A stretch of 64,000 nt of DNA. It comes from Lytechinus pictus. Its lineage: Eukaryota. Below the pieces are notes generated by a model. It was not told where the DNA came from. It saw only the letters and a list, made by a program, of their open reading frames with translations, and did no database searches. Position 1 is the stretch's first letter. Each line of letters begins with the position of its first letter. Made by a program: the position numbers and the translations under genes. Location: positions 40,240,001 through 40,304,000 of the forward strand of contig NC_087245.1 in NCBI RefSeq assembly GCF_037042905.1. Direction: 5' to 3'. Positions 54,570-64,000 of this stretch are shown here, in pieces.

Positions 54570-54802
54570 CTTTTATTAAGTTCACAGAGCATGACAACGG
54601 GATTGGTACCTTGAGCCAACATAACCAGATCACCGATGAGATGAAGGGGCCATGGCACAGTCATCGGTCCCGGGGGCCGATTTATCTTCCTTCGTTTCGA
54701 AACCCACTTCATCAGCCACACCACCAGAAGTGATGTTGTAATTCCGAACAGAATACTACTGAAACCGAAGTCGAAGACGCCATGGGCCAGGTCTGCGATC
54801 AT
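54570..54802 (-). CDS. Cytochrome P450 (clan 2, CYP2-like), coding exon 1 of 5 (501 aa total)
   Basis: ATG at 54802; TM anchor, basic KRRK, PPGP hinge, LIGDL; donor AG|GTAATT, phase 2. Confidence 0.9.
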
Positions 54803-55161
54803 GATGGCAGAGTTTTTCAATTGTTAAGTCCACCGGTAGAGGATGGGGTCACGTATTGCCCGTTTGTCACGAGGTTGATTTTTTTCTTCTCCGAAATCTG
54901 GTTAAGTATACAAACAAGCGAACAAAGCGAACATAAAATGCGATGTGAAACTAACTAGTATGTGGTGATGACGGAAATTATGGCGGAGATGACAATAATG
55001 TTGATGGTAATAATGATGATCGTAATGACACCTTGACGTTAATAATGATTACAACGGCAATGCCAATGTCGATGGGTGAGGATAATACTGCAAATAATAT
55101 AGTCCTAATATACAACTTAGCAGCCCATGCATGGCGTCATCGTTAAATCAGCTGACTTATC

Positions 55162-55446
55162 AATAATAATAATAATAATAATAGCTGTATTTATAAAGCG
55201 CCTTTTGCCTGAGGATACAAAGCGCTGCTATTATTACCCCGGCTTTAGCTCGAGCTACCATCACCGGCGCTCAGTGCATGCAAAAAAAATAATCCTGCCG
55301 GGTACCCATTCACCTCACCTGGGTCGAGTGCAGCACAGTGCGGATAAATTTCTTGCTGAAGGAAAACACGCCATGGTTAGGATTCGAACCCACGACCCTC
55401 TGTTTGAAAGGCGAGAGTCAGAACCACTAGAGGTCACGACGCGCCC
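55162..55446 (-). mobile_element. tRNA-derived SINE, tail type 3, ~360 bp upstream of the CYP ATG
   Basis: Matches the copy at 47179. Confidence 0.85.
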
Positions 55447-57413
55447 GCTGTCTGTACCATAAAGAACAGACTTGGTTGGAGTGGTTTTACTAACCCAGAG
55501 GCCAGATCTTATCTTCCCTAGTTTGCGAGCCCAATAATTGACTTTCTCCCACTTCTGTAGGTTTCAGAGACCTGCTGTCGTAGTAAAGACATGTACATAT
55601 ATAGCGTATAGCGTACATAGTTGATATAAAGCATGTTTATGCAGACTAATTAGTTTTTCAATATGTCACATACTGCATGATTGTGACACTATTTATGTAG
55701 TGGAAGTAAAACACCACGGCATATACCTCTTTGGTCTGGCATGCAATTTCCATACAGTGCCTCCTTGCCGATCTATAATACAAATAAAATCAGAACACAT
55801 GTATCTCAAATGCGAAGATATTTTCCCCCAAATACTATCAAAGTTCATATTGCCACTGATAATATCTATCTGATGAAACAGCTGTGTTTCTTTTCCTATA
55901 TACACCTCGTATTTCAAAGACTGGCATCACATAGGCCTGTCATGTATTCAGATGTCCTTATGTAGAATAGTATGATGCTAAACTCATCACATAATAAAAA
56001 AATAAAAAAACAGAACTCATTTGACAAAAGCATCTATACTCACCCTCTCTTCCTGCTATAGTCAAATCCACTGCCGTCAGTGCCCCAAAGGATCGAGATC
56101 AGATCCCATAACTGAATGGAGTTAACCACGAATGTTTTCCTCTTTTATTCGAATTTATTCTTTGTTTTTGAAAGACGTCAAGCGTCTAGCATCGTTTGTA
56201 TAGGATCGCTGACGTATTGATCGTCATGTGACAGTGAAGAGCGATTATTCTTAGCATGTGCACGTCATTAAACAAATACGTATACACGTGGAACAAACGG
56301 TTGTCTTTCTCGCTGTGGCTTTCATTTTATGAGGGTTTTTAAGGCGCCGAACCATTCGGTTGTGAATATTTACACCTGTAATTCATTAACATCATTCGTA
56401 TGTTTGGTCAGAATATTAAATAATGTATGGATTTGTCAGCTCTGCTTTTGAATTCAGTTCACAAAAAAGATGAAAGAAGAAAAGGGGAAGAAGAGAAATA
56501 GAAGAAAACTATATAATTAGAAGAGGAATTAGCGCTAGCTTAAAAAAGGTCCCTTAAGTTCAAGTCAGCATATTAAAAATTTCTGCCCGCACTTCGTGCT
56601 CGCATCACTCTTGTTCGGTGAATTACACAGCGTGGTTCTCATTAAAATGGCGCTTTTTTCAGATCAAAATATTAAAAAAATATCGGCTTGGCTTTGCACT
56701 CGCATATTTTATTTAGTGAAGATACCGGCCCATCATTTTCATTATTATAAAAATGCATAGAATGAAGTAATCTGTGAACTGAGACTTGTCAGTGATACTT
56801 GATTACCGTATGTCCAAATTTCATAAATTATATCCATAAACTTTGAAAGTTATGACAGCAATTTGATAATTACCTCCAACATGGCCAAAGATCATTGACC
56901 CTAAATGACCTTTGACATTGGTCATATGACCTGAAACTCGCACAGGATTTTACCACATCTAACATAAATAATGTATATGATCTGGAATTTTGCATGGTGG
57001 GACATGCAAAACAACCCTGAACCCTTTATTATTGATAGAAAAAAAGGAAAAGCGAAAATAATGACGTTCAACCATCATACTTATCACTTTAGATATTTTC
57101 AAACAATAATTACAAACAAATTGACTATATTTGTGCAGGATTTGATTAATAATCGTTTGCCGTGTGGTTTGATTGATTTTCTTTTCATTCATCGACCATC
57201 TTTACAATACAAGAAATATTGATGACAAATAATTCCCACTGATATTTTCAAGAGAAACGACCGGTGTTTTATGTTTTAAATCCCTTCTTTCATTTTAGAA
57301 GGATAAATCTTGGTAATCTTGTCTTTTCCTTTTCCTCATCGATCGCTTTTCTGGACCAAAGTCATTCAACCACAGCGGGCATATATAGATTGGGGGGGGG
57401 GGCTTGGGCCACC

Positions 57414-58709
57414 AACAAAAAGAAAAATGAGAAAAATTAAATTAAAGGGAAAGGGTGAGATATATCATTTTCTAGATATATTGCTAAAATCTATCAAACA
57501 ATAACTTTTTTTATCAACATGATTAAGAGAGTAAAAACCCCGAAAAACTTCGTTACTATTATATAGTAACTTTGACATCGAATGGTAACTGTCATGATAA
57601 CAGTTCTAATTAAAATCAAGTATTTCAGGAAAGTTACCATTGGATGGCAAAGTTATTATAACTGTTATGCAATGTGGTTCATGCTTGACCCCCTCAAAAT
57701 TCCTTATTGAGGGCCAGACATGATGAAGAAATGCAATGTATAAGGCCCCCATTCCACAGAGGGGAGACCTTTGAAGGACCACTGAAAGACCCAAAATTGG
57801 CAATGTCTTACACAGCAGTCTCCAAGATCACTGAAATCGGTCTTCTCTGTGGAATGGTTCCGAAAGATCCCCCAAAGAACTCCGAAAACACTTCTTGTCT
57901 TCCTGGGCTTGCATGTATTAATAGACCAGTCCTATGGAGAGATCTTTCAATGTTTGAATAATGGGTTTAATTCATGGAAAAATTTTCCTGGGAAATAAGG
58001 AACGATGAATAACTGAAATATGTAATTAATTTACATGTGATTTGATGAATTAAGAACAATTTGACTCAATATCTTGTTTCACCGTTTGGGAGTTACCATG
58101 GCAACTGACATACGTTAAGGCTAACAAAAATTAAGTTTGATCAATTGCTGACATCTTCCCAAACCGTGGTTAGGCCTAAGAACAAATTATTGCAGCCCCA
58201 TTTCTGAAATTCACTGGATAATCATAAAGTTCATCTCCAAATTACACTGGGCTAAATTATAGAGTTTAAAAAAATATTCTTATTGTTATTATTATTTTTT
58301 TTTTTTGGGGGGGGGGCTGAATGATTGACTTGTAAATGATCATGTTAAACCTCCTTTTGGCTACTTGTATTCATTTTCGTAACAGTTTTGTTCCTTCTCC
58401 CATCCCAAACCATCTCTTTCCCTCCCTTCTATCTTTTTCATTCTTTCTTTCCCACTCTCTCGTCTCACACTCTGTTACCCCCCCCTCTCTCTCTCTCAGT
58501 CATCCAACCAATTTTGAAAGCGCCTCTACATAAACAGTACGTTTCTTAAAAAAGGAAACCGGGATTATTGGATGTTTTTTCCCAATATATAGTCAAATGA
58601 CTAATATTCAAGCCTTTTATTAGCATCATGCATAGCTAGATTGAGCAAGAAGAGTGAGATTTAAATTTCAGTCAAGTTGCAAAAGTCAAGATTAACAACC
58701 TTGTGTAAT
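57414..58709 (+). repeat. Copy 1 of a ~1.3-kb direct duplication
   Basis: Nearly identical to 60004-61321, offset ~2590; duplicated spurious ORFs in the track. Confidence 0.95.
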
Positions 58710-58712
58710 AAT

Positions 58713-58910
58713 CAGTGTTGTAGTCAAGGCATAAACCTCCAAGGCCAAGGCCAAGGCCAAGGCCAAGGCTTTAATACCCAAAGGCCAAGGCTTCAATACC
58801 CAAGGCTGAGGCCAAGGCATGGAAACCCAAGGCCAAGGCCAAGGCCTGAAAACCTCAAGGCCAAGGCCAAGGCCTGAAAACCTCAAGGCCAAGGCCAAGG
58901 CCAAGGCATT
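58713..58910 (+). mobile_element. Left end of an hAT-like element with a (CCAAGG)n array
   Basis: CAGTGTTGTAGTCAAGGC start followed by many CCAAGG units; no matching right end seen. Confidence 0.6.
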
Positions 58911-60003
58911 TCAAACTTTAATAGGTGAGAGCGAGCGAACTGAGCGAGCAAAAATTTTGACTTTTGTACATGAAAAACAAAAATAATTTCATGGTAGATT
59001 TAAACATTAATTTAAAATAATAATATAATTACCTTTGTACATATAATTATTATTTTATTATTATAATTTATTATTTTTTTATGTGATTTACATTGCAATA
59101 ATTATTATTACCACGGTCATCTGATCCTGGCATGCCCGTTCTCAACGTATGTCTTTCTCCACTCCCTGGGACAGGGGCGGCAGAACGTATTTTGTTTGGG
59201 GGGGGGGGGGTGGTCAAAACCAAAAAGGGTACTTATATTTTAAAATTGGCATTTGGTGCAAACAGATGTTTTCAAAATGAGATTATCAACTACGTGAAGT
59301 AGTTGTGTATTTTGTGGAAATTAAGTTGACCAAAGCCTTTTTAGTGATTTCTCATTGATAAGACAGATATTTGGATTTATTGGTTTAAAAAATTCAATTT
59401 TGAAGTTGAAAAACTTGATGTTTGGTCAATTACAGGGCTAATCACTTTTAAAAGGACATCCTTGCGAGATGTTGCCAGCGCGAATCATAAGCAAAAACTT
59501 TTTGACATTGCGACATAAAAATCAAATATTCCGGGCTGTTTTTGTAATCATGAAAAAGATGTGCATCTAACTAATAATTAAGCGCGAGCTGAAAATTTTA
59601 ATATACTGACAGGTCCGCAAAGTAAGCTGTTAAGGACTGCATTTAGCATGTTTAGTGACTCATAAATATGATACATAACTCACCGATCAAATAATGCGAG
59701 CGCAGAGCGCGAGCTCAAAAATTTGTGATATTCTAACCTGAAAATTTGATATTCTAAACATTTTTTTGTAAACAGGAACATATCGAGTACCTTACATGTA
59801 CCTAACAATAATTGATGCAAGTGCAGAACGCGAACCAAAAATTTGTGATATTCTAACCTGAAAATTCTAAACATTTTTGTAACCATGAATAGGATTAATA
59901 CTGTACTAAACAATAAATGATGCAAGCGCGATCCAAAATTTGGCGATTTTCGAACCTAAAATGTATTATAATTTACTATTTAAAAAAAAGGTATTTTATT
60001 TTA

Positions 60004-61321
60004 AACAAAAAGAAAAATGAGAAAAATTAAATTAAAGGGAAAGGGTGAGATATATCATTTTCTAGATATATTGCTAAAATCTATCAAACAATAACTTTTT
60101 TTATCAACATGATTAAGAGAGTAAAAACCCCGAAAAACTTCGTTACTATTATATAGTAACTTTGACATCGAATGGTAACTGTCATGATAACAGTTCTAAT
60201 TAAAATCAAGTATTTCAGGAAAGTTACCATTGGATGGCAAAGTTATTATAACTGTTATGCAATGTGGTTCATGCTTGACCCCCTCAAAATTCCTTATTGA
60301 GGGCCAGACATGATGAAGAAATGCAATGTATAAGGCCCCCATTCCACAGAGGGGAGACCTTTGAAGGACCATTGAAAGACCCAAAATTGGCAATGTCTTA
60401 CACAGCAGTCTCCAAGATCACTGAAATCGGTCTTCTCTGTGGAATGGTTCCGAAAGATCCCCCAAAGAACTCCGAAAACACTTCTTGTCTTCCTGGGCTT
60501 GCATGTATTAATAGACCAGTCCTATGGAGAGATCTTTCAATGTTTGATAAATGGGTTTAATTCATGGAAAAATTTTCCTGGGAAATAAGGAACGATGAAT
60601 AACTGAAATATGTAATTTACATGTGATTTGATGAATTAAGAACAATTTGCCTCAATATCTTGTTTCACCGTTTGGGAGTTACCATGGCAACTGACATACG
60701 TTAAGGCCAACAAAAATTAAGTTTTATCAATTGCTGACATCTTCCCAAACCGTGGTTAGGCCTAAGAACAAATTATTGCTGCCCCCTTTCTGAAATTCAC
60801 TGGATAATCATAAAGTTCATCTCCAAATTACACTGGGCTAAATTATAGAGTTTAAAAAAATATTCTTATTGTTATTATTATTTTTTTTTTTTGGGGGGGG
60901 GGGGCTGAATGATTGACTTGTAAATGATCATGTTAAACCTCCTTTTGGCTACTTGTATTCATTTTCGTAACAGTTTTGTTCCTTCTCCCATCCCAAACCA
61001 TCTCTTTCCCTCCCTTCTATCTTTTTCATTCTTTCTTTCCCACTCTCTCGTCTCACACTCTGTTACCCCCCCCTCTCTCTCTCTCAGCCATCCAACCAAT
61101 TTTGAAAGCACGTCTACATATACAGTACGTTTCTTAAAAATGGAAACCGGGATTATTGGATTTTTTTTCTTCCAATATAGTCGAATGACTAATATTCAAG
61201 TCTTTTATTGGCATCATGCATAGCTAGATCGAGCAAGAAGAGTGAGATTTCAATTTCAAAGTCAAGTTGCAAAAAAAACAAGAAGTCAAGATTTGTTAAC
61301 GATACAACAACCTCGTGTAAT
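60004..61321 (+). repeat. Copy 2 of the ~1.3-kb direct duplication
   Basis: Nearly identical to 57414-58709. Confidence 0.95.
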
Positions 61322-61570
61322 GAAGAGATGGCTTTATTAATAACATATCTCTTTTTTGTTAAGTATATTTAAAATTTTCTTTGAATGAGAATAGATTCAG
61401 ATTCTCACAAGAGTTTCTGTCCCAACCCTTTCTGATATGCCTGATTATTCGTGATCCTCTACGTCTTAATGATTCACTATTTAGTCTCAAATGAAAAAAA
61501 AAAGACATTTAACGATAGTGACATCTATCCCTAATTAATGAAGGTTTCCCCGGGAGGTTTCCTTTTTATG

Positions 61571-61740
61571 GTGTGTGTATTTGAGTTTTGTCAGACGTGT
61601 ATCAATCAGATATGATTATTTACGTCTGGGACCGACCTTTAACGTCACCATCCGAAAGACGTGATCAGGGCTCGAACCTCTGCATCAATTTGTAACTTCC
61701 CCACATAGCTTGGATTACAGGCGCACGCCACAACGCCCAG
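61571..61740 (-). mobile_element. SINE with a 7SL/Alu-like head and a Deu/Nin-like core
   Basis: Minus strand begins CTGGGCGTTGTGGCGTGCGCCTGTAATCCAAGCTA; then B box GGTTCGAGCC; core GTCTTTCGGATGGTGACGTTAAAGGTCGGTCCC; (CA)n end. Confidence 0.8.
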
Positions 61741-61899
61741 TTGGGACGCACTGTACATCCTTCATACGAACAATTCACACAGTAAAATAGAGTGAACTTC
61801 ATGAAATGCATGGTCAGATTAATAATCCTGACACAATTATCACTTCAGCAAAAGAATGGAACAAACTTTAAATTATTCCTCAGTTTCAAAATCTCTTAA

Positions 61900-62406
61900 A
61901 GGAAACCAAAACCCGCCAAAACCCGAGAGGAGAAGCAATCTTATTGGAAAGAGTAAAATGAGAGGAACAATTTAAAACAAGTTTCATCAAAATCGATTAT
62001 AGAATAAGCGAGTTTTGGAAGTTTGAAAAAGTCTTGTCGTACTTTCTATGGGGATCCTCAAATTGGCAAACATACTTCAAAATGGCTCTTCCTGACCTTG
62101 ACATATGTGGTGTGAATTATATTTTCCCATGACATATATTATGCTCAGAATGAGGCAATATGTAATTTTTAAGATAATATGGGAAATCTGAAAAATTGTG
62201 TACAAAACAAATGGAGAGTTGTCCACAAAATCAGCCATTTTTAAGCATGTTTGCCAATTTGAGGACCCCCATAGAAAGTACAAGACTTTTTAAACGTCCA
62301 TAACTTGCTGATTTCACAACCGATTTTGATGAAACTTGTTTTAAATTGTTCCTCTTATTTTACTTTTTCCAATAAGAATGCTTCTCATCTTGGGTTTTGG
62401 TTTCCT
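61900..62406. mobile_element. Complete Kolobok/T2-type MITE, fourth family, long TIRs
   Basis: TTAA|AGGAAACCAAAACCC...GGGTTTTGGTTTCCT|TTAA; ~180-bp inverted arms. Confidence 0.9.
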
Positions 62407-63427
62407 TTAAAGATGTCAGAAAATTTTGACAACTTAATTTTGTCCACATAGATGAATGGCCTTCAGTATTGTCAATATGAACCGTCATTTTTCGGTTTGT
62501 AAATTGATGCATTGTCTCTTTATGCATTGCATGAAATATCAAAATATATTTAAATGAAATAATTTTTATTCTATGAAGTTCACTCTTGTAAAATAAAACG
62601 AAATGAAGCATATTCAAATGAGATTATACTTGGAATGTTGCAAAGTGCATTGTTATTGAGTTATTAACTATGAATATTCTAATTTTTATTTTTGATTATG
62701 GAAACAAATTGAGTATGACCAGATTTACATTCAATTTGGTGGATAATGGAATATTTTATCTCAAAATTAATTCAGCAGTTGCTGCTATGGTATCATTTGT
62801 TGGAAAAGCTTTCCCTCAATTTCAATTTATTTTGCAACATTTTACCAAGTAAAGAATCTGGATAGGGGGGGGGGGAGGTATTTAACTTAACCAGTTGCAA
62901 GCCAAAACATGACATTCTTGAAAGTACTTTTAACAGTATGATAAGCTTAAATTATCACTGTTCCTTTCATTAATTTTGAAAGTCGAACACCCATAAATAT
63001 ATGGCTTATACAATTCAAACAGGTAATCCAAATCAGGAAAAAAGGAAATCTTTGGCTTTCTGTTTATTTCGCGAGTGTATCACTGAACAAAATTAGTAAG
63101 GCAGTCATTTAGTGACAAATCACTAAACGCCATAGAAGTATATAGCAAAATAAATAGTGGAAATTGTACAACGATAAACATCAGCCTTATAAATTGGGAT
63201 TACCTTCTACACATTACTAGTTTACAGTACCCATGATAAACCTTAAGGCTGGGAGTTTCAGGAACAATGTCACTTTTGGCTTGCAAAAAAGGTTCCATGA
63301 CATTTGCTCCTGCAAATCCACATAAACATACCTGCCAACCCTGTGACCCAAGAAATGGGAACAAATTACCAAGAAATTTCCAGAAATGGGGAACATTCTT
63401 AAATAGAAATATGAACATGTAGGTTAA

Positions 63428-64000
63428 AGGACAAGTCCACCCCCAAAAAAGGTTGGTTGGAATAAAAAGAGAAAAATCCAACAAGCAGAAAACTGAAAAT
63501 TTCATCAAAATCTGATGTAAATGTTATGACATTTTAAAGTTTGCTTAATTTCACAAAACATTTATATGCACATCCTGTTGAGTATGCAAATGAGGAGACT
63601 GATGATGTCATCCACTCACTATTTATTTTGTATTTTATCATATGAAATAGGGAATTTTCTATTTTTCTCCTCATTGTCAAGTGAAACAACGATAAATTTC
63701 TCCCTGAACATGTAGAATTAGCATTGTTTAATGCTATATGATTCAGCCAAGATGGCCCTTAATGTCAAATCTATAAAAAATGAAATATTGTATAATTCAA
63801 ACAATAAAAAACAAAAGAAATAGTGAGGGACATCATCAACTGTCTCATTTGAGTTGTGCATATCACTGTTATGTGAGAAATAAGCAAAACTTAAAATGTC
63901 ATAACTTTCTTATATTACATCCTATTTTGATGAAATATTCAGCGTTTTACTAGTTTGATTTTTCTCTATTTATTCAAATCAACATTTTTCTAGGGTGTAC
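63428..64000. mobile_element. Kolobok/T2-type MITE, runs off the window end
   Basis: TTAA|AGGACAAGTCCACCCC start; right TIR nearly complete at 64000. Confidence 0.85.

Noticed and set aside
58692..58904. ALALAL/PWPW low-complexity ORFs
   Set aside because: Translations of the (CCAAGG)n array
57606..61223. Paired short ORFs suggesting a duplicated small gene
   Set aside because: By-products of the DNA duplication; no domain, splice or codon evidence
61690..61740. Human Alu contamination or a genuine 7SL gene
   Set aside because: Similarity stops after ~35-40 nt with no S domain or Alu body, and it is fused to a non-Alu core also present at 52521

Overview
AT-rich, repeat-dense animal genomic DNA, probably a marine deuterostome such as a sea urchin (inferred from the repeat repertoire and gene types, not proven). 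Three spliced protein-coding genes can be built by hand with canonical GT-AG sites and consistent phases: (1) a 4-exon SLC16/monocarboxylate-transporter-like MFS gene (+, 26146-31569, 527 aa); (2) a 2-exon secreted protein with a Spaetzle/neurotrophin-like cystine-knot pattern that seems to have lost one disulfide pair (+, 37532-40680, 223 aa); (3) a 5-exon clan-2 cytochrome P450 (-, 54802-46534, 501 aa). The rest is mostly mobile DNA: TTAA-flanked Kolobok/T2-type MITEs, Tc1-like and PIF/Harbinger-like MITEs, decayed LINEs, tRNA-SINEs with swappable tails, a 7.1-kb TAG...CTA element with ~1.3-kb TIRs enclosing an LTR-less gypsy gag-pol relic, and a recent 1.3-kb direct duplication. Most notable: a SINE with a 7SL/Alu-like head on a Deu/Nin-like core (two copies), an intronic palindrome with hammerhead-ribozyme core motifs, and the 4-cysteine cystine-knot ligand.
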